From assembly GCA_963793495.1 (NCBI GenBank), contig CAWCAI010000003.1:626124-690123 (forward strand): a stretch of 64,000 nt of DNA, read 5' to 3'. The notes under the pieces were generated by a model that was not told the DNA's origin, did no database searches, and worked only from the letters and a program-made list of their open reading frames with translations. This DNA is from an uncultured cyanobacterium. GTDB taxonomy: Bacteria > Cyanobacteriota > Cyanobacteriia > Phormidesmidales > Phormidesmidaceae. Positions within the stretch are counted from its first letter, which is position 1, and every line of letters begins with the position of its first letter. Position numbers and translations under genes: made by a program. Of the stretch, positions 30,492-39,713 are shown piece after piece.

Positions 30492-32291
30492 ATGAGTTTT
30501 GTCCAACAGATGCGATTACGAGCGGCCTGTTTAGGGTTGGGACTGGTGGCACTAGCGGCGACCCCTGGTGTGGCCGCAGAAAGAGTGCGTATCCGACTAG
30601 GACCGTTGAGTCAGTCGATTGAGCTTAGCGATCTAGAAACCTTTGCTGAGACCGGGGAAGTCCCCGACCGGCTCAAGCTTTATCAGCGGTTTCTGTCGCC
30701 TTCTTTGCAGCAGTCTTTGCGGCAGGAGCTGGATCTCGATCCACGGATGAGCGATCGCATTATCGATGACGTTCTCGCTTCTTCCAACGGCGAGCTGTTG
30801 CTGAGCACGCTGGCTCAAGTTGCACCCAACGTAACGATTCCTCAGATTCAGGCGGCTATCCGCCTAGCCGCTAGTCAGGCGGATGGGCTCAGTATGTTAG
30901 ACATCCTGCGAGCTATCCCGCAAGAAACGCTAGAAGTAGATGTCACTCAGGCGATCGCGCTAGCCTCTCAGCTCAATCTCTCCACCTTAGAAAGTCGTTC
31001 GCTCAGCGGCGTTTTGGACAAAGAGCTGCGGGTAAACAATCCAACGCCTATCCTTAGCGACTTGAAACCCGAAGAAACTGGGGATAAAACTGTTTTTCAG
31101 CAGGCCGTTAGTTTTGAAGATCGTGAACGCGATCGCACCATCCCTGTAGAGCTGTACTGGACCGGTAAAACCAAAGGCCCACTCGTCGTGCTCTCACATG
31201 GCTTTGGCGCAGACCGGTATTTTCTCGACTACATCGGCAAACATTTGGCATCCCATGGTCTCACGGTTGTCTCCGTCGAGCACCCTGGTAGCAATCTAAG
31301 TGCCCTAGTCGATCTTCCTATCGATCCAGAGATTGCCGAGAACCCTAGCCGCATCCTACCCGCCCAAGAATTTCTAGATCGGCCTCGAGATGTCAGCTTT
31401 GTGCTTGACCAGCTAGAGCAGCTGAACGAACGCAGCGTTTTCTACAGCGAACGATTCGATACCGAAGAAGTCACTATTATCGGTCATTCGCTAGGTGGCT
31501 ATACCGGACTGGCACTCGCGGGTGCCAAGCTAGACCTGCGATCGCTCAAAAGCTTCTGTCAAAACATTCAGCCTCTAGGCGTCTCTCCGGCCGACTGGCT
31601 TCAGTGCGCCGCCGTAGAGCTAGAAGAGCAGCAGGCAGATCTCACAGACAGCCGCATCAAGCAGGTGATCGCCATGAACACGCTGACCGGTCAGCTCTTT
31701 GGCGATGTGGGCCTCTCCGAAGTGACCGTGCCAACCCTGCTGCTCACTGGCACCAAAGACAGCGTCACTCCAACCTTAGACCAGCAGCTCAAGGCTTTCG
31801 ACCAGCTTGCCGGGGAGAAATACCTGCTGGCGGTGATTGGCGGAACGCATCTTAGCGTCGGCGATCCGGGCAATGTCAATCCGGCTCTGACTGAGCTGCC
31901 GTTTATGGCGGAACTCAAAGTAGAAGAAACTGCTAATTTGCGATCGCTTCTAAAGGGCGTTTCCTTGAGCTTCATCCGACAGCAAACAGACGAAGCCGCT
32001 GTGTACAAGCCCTTCCTCAGCTCTGCCTACGTTCAATCTTTTTCTACATCGGATCTACCGCTGCGACTTGTCGAAACTTTACCTGAGAGCGTTCGCAGCT
32101 GGCTAACCTTTTCTGAGCGCATCTCAGCCGACACGGCTTCACCGACGCTTACCAGCAGACTGATGGCACTAGGCTACTTAAGCTCTCTTGGACAGAGAGA
32201 AGGATGGCAAAGGGCGATGGTCGCGCAGCTACAGGCGAATCAAATCGTGACGGTGTTGCGATCGCCTCTTCCCTTCTTAATTGGCTGGTAG
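30492..32291 (+). CDS. Alpha/beta hydrolase with N-terminal DUF1400 domain
   Basis: SHGFG, DRPRDVSFVLD, GHSLGG nucleophile elbow, GGTHLS; ATG 30492 preferred to the track start. Confidence 0.85.
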   Translation: MSFVQQMRLRAACLGLGLVALAATPGVAAERVRIRLGPLSQSIELSDLETFAETGEVPDRLKLYQRFLSPSLQQSLRQELDLDPRMSDRIIDDVLASSNGELLLSTLAQVAPNVTIPQIQAAIRLAASQADGLSMLDILRAIPQETLEVDVTQAIALASQLNLSTLESRSLSGVLDKELRVNNPTPILSDLKPEETGDKTVFQQAVSFEDRERDRTIPVELYWTGKTKGPLVVLSHGFGADRYFLDYIGKHLASHGLTVVSVEHPGSNLSALVDLPIDPEIAENPSRILPAQEFLDRPRDVSFVLDQLEQLNERSVFYSERFDTEEVTIIGHSLGGYTGLALAGAKLDLRSLKSFCQNIQPLGVSPADWLQCAAVELEEQQADLTDSRIKQVIAMNTLTGQLFGDVGLSEVTVPTLLLTGTKDSVTPTLDQQLKAFDQLAGEKYLLAVIGGTHLSVGDPGNVNPALTELPFMAELKVEETANLRSLLKGVSLSFIRQQTDEAAVYKPFLSSAYVQSFSTSDLPLRLVETLPESVRSWLTFSERISADTASPTLTSRLMALGYLSSLGQREGWQRAMVAQLQANQIVTVLRSPLPFLIGW

Positions 32292-32428
32292 ATCACTCTT
32301 CTTCCTAATCGCTTCTTTTAGGAAGAACAGATCAATTGAACTTTATTTGATTGATTTTTAGTCTGCAAGGTCGGTTGTTCTGCCAGAATGGAAACCTGCT
32401 ACATCAAGTTTCCAATGGAGAAGATCGA

Positions 32429-34144
32429 ATGCCGGATAATCGCAAAAGTCAGGTAGTCACCCAGGGCGTACAGCGGGCTCCTAACCGAGCGATGCTGCGA
32501 GCTGTCGGCTTTCAAGATGACGATTTCAAGAAGCCAATTATCGGCTTAGCTAACGGCTACAGCACGATCACGCCCTGCAATATGGGCATCAACACCCTGG
32601 CTATTCGAGGTGAAGCGGCGCTTAGAGAAGCGGGTGCGATGCCAGCGATGTTTGGCACTATTACTATCAGCGACGGTATTTCGATGGGCACTGAAGGGAT
32701 GAAATATTCCTTGGTTTCTCGCGAGGTGATTGCGGACTCGATTGAGACGGCCTGCACGGGTCAAAGTATGGATGCGGTGCTGGCCATTGGCGGCTGCGAT
32801 AAGAATATGCCAGGTGCGGTGATTGCGATCGCCCGCATGAATATCCCCGCCATCTTCGTCTACGGCGGCACCATCAAACCCGGTCATCTTGACGGTGAAG
32901 ACCTCACCGTGGTCAGCGCCTTTGAAGCCGTTGGTCAGTACAGCGCTGGGAAAATCAGCAAAGAACGCCTTGACGCGGTAGAGCGACATTCCTGCCCAGG
33001 CGCAGGCTCGTGCGGCGGCATGTTCACCGCCAACACGATGTCTTCTGCGATTGAAGCAATGGGATTGAGCCTGCCTGGTTCTTCGACAATGGCAGCTGAA
33101 GATGAGGAAAAGGCAGTCAGTACTGAGAAGTCTGCGTTTGCGCTGGTAGAAGCCGTTCAGAAGCAGATTTTACCCAAGGATATTTTGACGCGAGAGGCGT
33201 TTGAGAATGCGATCGCGGTGATCATGGCTGTCGGCGGTTCGACTAATTCGGTATTGCATCTGCTTGCGATCGCCCACACTATAGGCGTCGACCTCACCAT
33301 CGACGACTTCGAAATCATCCGCAACAAAGTCCCCGTCTTCTGCGACCTCAAACCCTCAGGCCGCTACGTCGCTACCGACCTCCACCAAGCAGGCGGCATC
33401 CCTCAAGTCATGAAAATGCTCCTCAACGAAGGACTCCTCCACGGCGACGCCCTCACCATCAGCGGCCAAACCATCGCCGAAACCCTAGCCGACGTTCCCG
33501 ATCAGCCCTCCCCCGATCAAGATGTCATTCGCCCCTTCAGCCAGCCCATGTATCCCCAAGGACACCTCGGCATCCTCAAAGGCAACCTCGCCCCCGAAGG
33601 CGCAGTCGCTAAACTCACTGGTATCAAAAACCGCAGCATCACTGGCCCCGCCCGCGTCTTTGAATCCGAGGAAGATTGTCTAGACGCAATATTGGCGGGC
33701 AAAATCAAAGCAGGTGATGTGATTGTTGTTCGCTACGAGGGTCCAAAAGGTGGACCGGGAATGCGCGAAATGCTCGCCCCTACTTCGGCCATTATTGGCG
33801 CAGGCTTAGGCGATTCAGTCGGCTTAATTACTGACGGCAGATTCTCCGGCGGCACCTACGGTATGGTCGTCGGACACGTCGCCCCCGAAGCCGCAGTCGG
33901 TGGAACGATTGGCCTTGTCAAAGAAGGCGACACCATCACCATTGACGCTGACAAACTGCTGCTGCAAGTCAATGTCTCTGATGATGAGCTAGCAGAACGT
34001 AAAACTCAGTGGAGTCCGCCAAAGCCCCGCTATGAACGCGGCGTATTGGCGAAATATGCCAAGCTGGTCTCTTCGAGTAGCAAAGGCGCGGTAACTGATC
34101 TCGACTCAGTTCTAGAAAGTTACAATTATTTACGAGCTAGCTAG
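32429..34144 (+). CDS. ilvD: Dihydroxy-acid dehydratase
   Basis: [63 protein letters not shown]. Confidence 0.97.
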   Translation: MPDNRKSQVVTQGVQRAPNRAMLRAVGFQDDDFKKPIIGLANGYSTITPCNMGINTLAIRGEAALREAGAMPAMFGTITISDGISMGTEGMKYSLVSREVIADSIETACTGQSMDAVLAIGGCDKNMPGAVIAIARMNIPAIFVYGGTIKPGHLDGEDLTVVSAFEAVGQYSAGKISKERLDAVERHSCPGAGSCGGMFTANTMSSAIEAMGLSLPGSSTMAAEDEEKAVSTEKSAFALVEAVQKQILPKDILTREAFENAIAVIMAVGGSTNSVLHLLAIAHTIGVDLTIDDFEIIRNKVPVFCDLKPSGRYVATDLHQAGGIPQVMKMLLNEGLLHGDALTISGQTIAETLADVPDQPSPDQDVIRPFSQPMYPQGHLGILKGNLAPEGAVAKLTGIKNRSITGPARVFESEEDCLDAILAGKIKAGDVIVVRYEGPKGGPGMREMLAPTSAIIGAGLGDSVGLITDGRFSGGTYGMVVGHVAPEAAVGGTIGLVKEGDTITIDADKLLLQVNVSDDELAERKTQWSPPKPRYERGVLAKYAKLVSSSSKGAVTDLDSVLESYNYLRAS

Positions 34145-34213
34145 AGACTATCAACGGATTTCTCTAGCTAGCTGTTTATAAGTTACTAGGCAACGGATAC
34201 TAGCGAATCAGCT

Positions 34214-34474
34214 ATGTCAGTTAGCTCAGAAACTATCAAGCGGGATATCGATTTACTTACTGGCGATCAGCTCCGACAGATTGCTGATTTTATTGCTTTT
34301 TTAAGGTTTCGAGATCAGCGCCGACGCACCGTCTTAGAGCCTGAACAGTTAGCTTTGCTGGCGACTGAGTTTGCTGATGAGGATAGAGCGATCGCTGAAG
34401 AAGGCATGGACGACTATGCTGCGGCGCTCTCTCAAGAAGAAGGAGACAATCTCTCAACTAGAAGAAATGATTAG
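34214..34474 (+). CDS. Small hypothetical protein, DUF2281/antitoxin-like
   Basis: LRQIADFIAFLRFR...AEEGMDDY; overlaps the next start by 8 nt. Confidence 0.6.
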   Translation: MSVSSETIKRDIDLLTGDQLRQIADFIAFLRFRDQRRRTVLEPEQLALLATEFADEDRAIAEEGMDDYAAALSQEEGDNLSTRRND

Positions 34475-35267
34475 AGTGACTTTTGATTCCAACGTTTGGG
34501 AGCAAGCGATCTCAACAGAATCAGACAAACCAATACAGTACAGAAAACTACGACAGGAGATACAAGAACGCAAAATAGAACCGTACATTTGTGAGATAGC
34601 TTTGACTCTCGACTCGTCTATTCCCAAGAAGAATAGACCAGCCTTTTGGCAGTCTCACCAACCCAAAATGAAAACGAACATTCTGTCTATCTACAATAAC
34701 GAGCTGTCTGTAGAGCTATCAATAGCACCTGATAACTTAAAACATCCAGGCATTCATCCAAAACTGCAACCAAAGCTCATTGAAGCCAAAAAACTCGGGT
34801 TCAAAGCTCTCAGAATGACAAATATAGGGACTGTTAGGTGCTTAGAAATTCCGACTGATATGTTGGTACCTTCAGACGAGATGCTGAAACCAAACGAAGA
34901 GAAAGAATTTCACAAATACTTTGAAAGAGTCGGCGAATGCTCAGAATTCATCACTAACAAAGGGTGGGGGTTCGCTCATTATAGAAACTTTCGGGATAGG
35001 TACAATTTGATGGGTGTGTCGGTATATGATGCCCCAAGCAAAACACCATCTGAAAAACACAGAGCCTTTTCTGAGTCAATTGCCGAGTGGGTAGATGGAG
35101 ATGCGCTCGCAGCTCACTTCGGCTATCAGAATGATTATTTCTGTACTGAAGATAGAGGGCGTAGTGCTGGTTCTCAATCAGTCTTTTATCCTGAAAACAA
35201 GACCGAAGTTGAGAATGCATTTGGTTTAAAAATCCTTTCTGTTTCCGAACTGCTTGCAGTGCTATGA
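34467..35267 (+). CDS. AT-rich hypothetical protein with PIN-like acidic motifs
   Basis: ATG 34467; VTFDSNVWE, CEIA, DGDALAAH...DYFCTED. Confidence 0.55.
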   Translation: MIRVTFDSNVWEQAISTESDKPIQYRKLRQEIQERKIEPYICEIALTLDSSIPKKNRPAFWQSHQPKMKTNILSIYNNELSVELSIAPDNLKHPGIHPKLQPKLIEAKKLGFKALRMTNIGTVRCLEIPTDMLVPSDEMLKPNEEKEFHKYFERVGECSEFITNKGWGFAHYRNFRDRYNLMGVSVYDAPSKTPSEKHRAFSESIAEWVDGDALAAHFGYQNDYFCTEDRGRSAGSQSVFYPENKTEVENAFGLKILSVSELLAVL

Positions 35268-35452
35268 GTACAAAATCGAGCTGCTGCGGTGAAATTGAAG
35301 TAGTGCAAACTATAAGGGAATATCACGCTGTTCCTACAACTAGTCTGTGAAGAACGCGCTAAAGCATAACAATTTCTGGACTCGTGGGTAAATCTGATGC
35401 TTTTCTTAGCTAGAGTTCTTGTAAGGAGAATTTTTACACTAGAGGACTACCT

Positions 35453-35680
35453 ATGGCTACTTCTATATCGCCTGTCATTCATAGTGATCCCAACGTCTTA
35501 GGAGGAACCTCCGTTTTCGTAGGTACTCGTGTTCCTGTGAAAATCTTATTTGATTATCTCGAATCTGGAGACTCACTCAGCGAGTTTTTAGATCATTTTC
35601 CTAGTGTTAGCAATGAACAGGCCATTGCAGTCCTTGAACTAGCTAAGGAGATGTTGACTGCCTATGCGTATCCTGCTTGA
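35453..35680 (+). CDS. DUF433 family antitoxin
   Basis: IHSDPNVLGGTSVFVGTRVPV...FLDHFPSV. Confidence 0.88.
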   Translation: MATSISPVIHSDPNVLGGTSVFVGTRVPVKILFDYLESGDSLSEFLDHFPSVSNEQAIAVLELAKEMLTAYAYPA

Positions 35681-35981
35681 TGAGTGTGTTCCGCGACCAC
35701 TAAAGCGTGAACTCGCCGGATACGATGTCCAGACAGTTGTGGAAATGGGCTGGGCTGGAACAAAAAATGGTGCGTTACTTGAGCGAATGTCCGCTGAAGG
35801 ATTTACCATTTTGCTAACCGCTGATCAGAATTTGCGCTATGAGCAAAACTTGAGACAGGCAGATGTGGCGGTAGTTGTGTTGGTCGCACCTAGCAATCGG
35901 CTGTCTGATTTGGTTCCATTGATGGCCGAGGCTCGCAAGGTATTGAGTAATATTGCACCGGGCGAAATTATTGAGCTCTGA
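35664..35981 (+). CDS. DUF5615 PIN-like toxin
   Basis: MRILLDECVP...GWAGTKNG.LL...LTADQNL; overlaps the DUF433 gene. Confidence 0.88.
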   Translation: MRILLDECVPRPLKRELAGYDVQTVVEMGWAGTKNGALLERMSAEGFTILLTADQNLRYEQNLRQADVAVVVLVAPSNRLSDLVPLMAEARKVLSNIAPGEIIEL

Positions 35982-36030
35982 GTTTTCTCCGCCTATTCAA
36001 CTTCACGAATCAATTACGCAGATCAATTAG

Positions 36031-36060
36031 TTGACGCTTTCTAAAGCGTACTGATAGGGT
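36031..36060 (+). promoter_or_regulatory. Sigma70-type promoter candidate
   Basis: TTGACG-18 nt-TAGGGT. Confidence 0.5.
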
Positions 36061-36206
36061 GATTTCTATGGCTGTTGCGATCGCACACCGAGCAACAGCC
36101 CGAACGCCCGAAAAATTTAGCCGCTACCGGCATTGGCTGGCACCAATACCGATAGCTCGCCCCTAACACTGATCAACCCAGTGAGAGGGGTTGTGGTCAT
36201 GATCAC

Positions 36207-36250
36207 AGCCCCCCTGACTTTTGGCAAGTTAGGGGGGCTAAGTTTTTCTG
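36207..36250 (+). terminator. GC-rich hairpin plus T-rich tail upstream of the 36284 ORF (terminator/attenuator-like)
   Basis: AGCCCCCCTGACTT-ttggc-AAGTTAGGGGGGCT then AAGTTTTTCT. Confidence 0.6.
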
Positions 36251-36283
36251 GGTTTTCCTGCCCCGTTAAACGAAGGAAAAACC

Positions 36284-36598
36284 ATGAAAACGACCATGTT
36301 TATGACCGCTCAGCCTCTAGCAGAGAGCGCTAAGCCAAAGAGTGCTGAGACAAATACTCTAATCCTGCCGACCTCTGCGCTGCCAACCGGACCCAATCTA
36401 GGCAGCCCGGTACCTGGTGAGACAGTAAGGCATATTTTGCTAGGCTCGCCCGGTGCGATTCGGCAGACAATCTATCTGCTGCATACGCTGCGCTACTCGG
36501 AAACGGTGCTGTGGAGCCCGGTGCTGCAAGTGGAAGAACCGCTGGTAATTACGCCTGAGCAAGGGGAGGCGATGAGTTTGTTGCGAAGGATGGTGTAG
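36284..36598 (+). CDS. Small cyanobacterial hypothetical protein
   Basis: AAGGA RBS; VRHILLGSPGAIRQTI.LLH.L.Y....WSP...GEAMSLL pattern recalled from multicopy cyanobacterial ORFs. Confidence 0.65.
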   Translation: MKTTMFMTAQPLAESAKPKSAETNTLILPTSALPTGPNLGSPVPGETVRHILLGSPGAIRQTIYLLHTLRYSETVLWSPVLQVEEPLVITPEQGEAMSLLRRMV

Positions 36599-36865
36599 AC
36601 GTTGGATCAATTCCCTTCAGATAAGGACTAAGGGTGGGTTTCGGTGGGTTGGCAGCTTGCACCACACACCGAAACCTAAAGTCAAAGTCGCGTTCGAGCA
36701 GTCACCACTCTTGTTTCAATGGTCTTTCCCCAAACCCACCTCATAGCCATCTAGCCGTCTCTTCCCAATCCTCTTAAATCTTGTGAAAAGTCAGCGCAAA
36801 ACGCCCGTCCACCGCTTATCCTACAGACTTGAGCTAAACGCTTCCTCCGGCGGCGAACATCCCAC

Positions 36866-38515
36866 ATGAACACCGCTCGTAACGTCCAAATCTACGACAC
36901 CACCCTCAGAGACGGCATCCAGCGCCACGGCATCGCCTGCACCCTCGCAGACAAAATAAAAATCATTCAGCGACTCGACCAGCTCGGCATTCCCTTCATC
37001 GAGGGCGGCTGGCCCGGAGCCAACACCATCGACACCCAACTCTTTGACTACCTACAAAAAGAGCCCTTAGCAACTGCTCAAGTCGTTGCCTTTGGCTCCA
37101 CTCGCCGCCCTCACCAGGCCGCCTCAGAAAACCCCACCCTAAAAGCCTTATTAGCCGCAAACACCCATTGGATTACTATCTTCGGCAAATCCTGGGACTT
37201 GCATGTTACCGACGCGCTCAAAGTCAGCCTGGGTGAAAATCTCGCCATGATTCAAGACTCTGTGGAGTTCCTACGAGCTAACGGCAGACACGTTATCTAC
37301 GACGCAGAGCATTGGTTCGATGGCTACAAAGCCAACCCCGAATATGCCCTCAAGACGCTTAATGCTGCCGTACTTGGTGGCGCTGACTGGCTAGTGCTAT
37401 GTGATACCAATGGTGGCATTCTGCCAAAAGAAGTCGAAACTATCGTTACCGACGTTCAAGCTTGGCTACAGGAGAATCACTCAGACTCAGCAGACTTACC
37501 GCAAATTGGCATTCACACTCACAACGATAGCGGGACGGCAGTAGCTAGCTCGCTAGCGGCGATTGATGCTGGCGCTAGAATGGTCCACGGCACAATCAAT
37601 GGCTACGGAGAGCGGTGCGGTAACGCTGATCTGTGCAGCGTGATTCCAGATCTTCAGCTCAAAATGGACTACAACTGCCTGACTTCCAGCCAGCTCAAAA
37701 CCCTAACCGAGACCAGCCGATTCATTAGCGAAATCGTTAACCTCGCCGCAGACGATCATGCACCCTATGTGGGCCGCTCTGCCTTTGCTCACAAGGGCGG
37801 CATTCACATTAGCGCGGTAGAGCGAAACCCCAAGACTTACGAACACATAGAGCCTGATGCGGTTGGCAACAATCGCCATATTGTCGTTTCTAGTTCTTCA
37901 GGCGCTAGCACGGTGCTTTCTAGAGCCAAAGGCTACAACATCGACCTCAAAAAAGACGATCCGGTCACACGCAGAATTATTGATCGCGTCAAAGAATTAG
38001 AAGGCAAGGGCTATCAGTTTGAAGCAGCCGAAGCCAGCTTTGAACTGCTGATGTTGACAGAATTAGGACGGCATCAGCCTATGTTTCAGCTACGCGGCTT
38101 TGAAGTGAATTACAACGTGATTCAGTCAGATGTACAGTGCAATATCGGCGCTCGCGCGATGATTAAAGCCGCAGTGCAAGGACAAGAGGTTTTAGAGGTA
38201 GCTGAATGTATGGGACCAGTTTCTGCACTTGATAAAGCGTTGCACAAAGCGCTGGTCCGCTTTTTCCCGGCAGTGGAAACGTTCTATCTGACCGACTACA
38301 AGGTTCGCATTCTCAACAGCGAAGCGGGGACAGCAGCGAAGGTCCGAGTCCTGGTGGAATCTAGCAACGGAGAGCAACGCTGGTCCACAATCGGCGTATC
38401 CGTCAATATTCTAGAAGCGTCTTATCAGGCGGTGGCAGCTGGAATCGAGTACGGACTATACCAATCGGCTAAAAGCCGATCAGCCAAAACAAGCACAGAG
38501 ACACTGCCTGTATAA
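36866..38515 (+). CDS. cimA: Citramalate synthase (LeuA/CimA family)
   Basis: YDTTLRDG, IEGGWPG, HTHND.G.A, GYGERCGNA, AFAHKGGIH, TDYKVRIL, WSTIGVS.NILEAS. Confidence 0.88.
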   Translation: MNTARNVQIYDTTLRDGIQRHGIACTLADKIKIIQRLDQLGIPFIEGGWPGANTIDTQLFDYLQKEPLATAQVVAFGSTRRPHQAASENPTLKALLAANTHWITIFGKSWDLHVTDALKVSLGENLAMIQDSVEFLRANGRHVIYDAEHWFDGYKANPEYALKTLNAAVLGGADWLVLCDTNGGILPKEVETIVTDVQAWLQENHSDSADLPQIGIHTHNDSGTAVASSLAAIDAGARMVHGTINGYGERCGNADLCSVIPDLQLKMDYNCLTSSQLKTLTETSRFISEIVNLAADDHAPYVGRSAFAHKGGIHISAVERNPKTYEHIEPDAVGNNRHIVVSSSSGASTVLSRAKGYNIDLKKDDPVTRRIIDRVKELEGKGYQFEAAEASFELLMLTELGRHQPMFQLRGFEVNYNVIQSDVQCNIGARAMIKAAVQGQEVLEVAECMGPVSALDKALHKALVRFFPAVETFYLTDYKVRILNSEAGTAAKVRVLVESSNGEQRWSTIGVSVNILEASYQAVAAGIEYGLYQSAKSRSAKTSTETLPV

Positions 38516-38561
38516 GCAGGCGATATCCCGGCACTCACTTAGGCTGACTAGTCTGAGCCAG

Positions 38562-39005
38562 TTAGTCTAGGTAGCCCATCAACGTACCAGGATCTTCATC
38601 AATATCGTTGCTGGCAATGGGTCTATGACCGGGCAGTGAGTCGATATCGGAAAAATCTATAGTATCTACAGCAACAGGGCGATGGCCAGGTAGCGAGTTA
38701 GTAGTAGAGATCTCAAAGGCACCAGACATTACTGGGCGAATACCCGCAGAGGACAATGAATCGACCACCTCTACGCTGCTAAGTTCAATCGGACGGTGGT
38801 TGGGCAACGAATCAGACTCGAACACGCGAGAATGATCCGACAGCTCCATTACTTCATGTTGAGGAGCTTTGACTAAACCGCCCTTCTTAGCAGTTTCGTC
38901 CTTTGCCGTTTCAGGTTTGGATTCAGCAGTCACAGCTACTTTTTTACGGCTGCGGTTACTGCTGGCGGCACTTTTAGTAGTGCCGTTCTCGTCGGAGGTG
39001 CTCAT
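38562..39005 (-). CDS. Conserved hypothetical protein with internal LP-x-(H/I)RP repeats
   Basis: LPNHRPI, GIRPV, LPGHRPV, LPGHRPI; ends TLMGYLD. Confidence 0.7.
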   Translation of the reverse strand: MSTSDENGTTKSAASSNRSRKKVAVTAESKPETAKDETAKKGGLVKAPQHEVMELSDHSRVFESDSLPNHRPIELSSVEVVDSLSSAGIRPVMSGAFEISTTNSLPGHRPVAVDTIDFSDIDSLPGHRPIASNDIDEDPGTLMGYLD

Positions 39006-39244
39006 GGCGTTGACCTTGTTTTCTTATGATTGGAGACCGGCTGAGCCCGTTGACTTTGGGGCTTCAGAATGGGCCAAGTGCAGAGGTTTGCAGATGAATA
39101 ACTATGAGATGCTATTCACTAAACTTAAGAAAATATTATAGGTGAAAACCTGACCAATTCAGTTTACGAAAGGTGATGATGCGCATAAAAGGGCTGGCCT
39201 TGTGTGCAGCAACACAGTGTCAGCGCTATAATGATTATCCGCAT

Positions 39245-39636
39245 GGGGCTGAAACGGTTTCGACGTTTTAACGAAAGTCGCAGTGTGATTCAGGTCAAGA
39301 GTGAGTCAACTCTTGTAAATAAAGGCTCAAACTTAAAGATACATGCAAACAACATCGTACCTTTTGCTCGTAAGCGCGCTCTTGTAGCTGCCGCCTAACA
39401 ACCTCTTATAGGTTCGAGCGTCCGAACTGTGACTCCGTTAATCAGTAAGGACTAAACCCCCAACGGGTGCTCTGGCAAACTTCCTTCGGTGGGTGCGCCA
39501 GCTAAGACTTTCATCGAAGCATCCTGTTTCCGGGACAATGGAAAACTCCCGCCTTGAGGATTAGAGAGGCTATACCTGTGAATGAGCGATGCGTGATTAC
39601 TTAGAGCGGACACGGGTTCGACTCCCGTCAGCTCCA
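39245..39636 (+). ncRNA. ssrA: tmRNA
   Basis: 5' GGGGCTGAAACGGTTTCGAC, 3' GGGTTCGACTCCCGTCAGCTCCA; tag ANNIVPFARKRALVAAA* at 39345-39398; TATAAT at 39227-39232. Confidence 0.96.
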
Positions 39637-39639
39637 TTG

Positions 39640-39673
39640 AGAGAGGCTCAGCCATAACTGGCTGAGCCTCTCT
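39640..39673. terminator. Bidirectional terminator between ssrA and mraY
   Basis: Perfect 15-bp stem AGAGAGGCTCAGCCA-taac-TGGCTGAGCCTCTCT. Confidence 0.8.
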
Positions 39674-39713
39674 TGTGTGTACCTTTGTGTGGAGCTTGGT
39701 TTTGCGGTCTAAC

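Noticed and set aside
34371-34466. Track start of the 298-aa ORF
   Set aside because: It overlaps most of the upstream ORF; ATG 34467 before the FDSN motif gives a typical short coupling overlap.
34145-36720. IS element or transposon as the cause of the islet
   Set aside because: No transposase motif, terminal inverted repeats or target-site duplication was seen.
39204-39398. 64-aa ORF in the track
   Set aside because: It is the tmRNA; only the last 17 codons (the tag) are translated.
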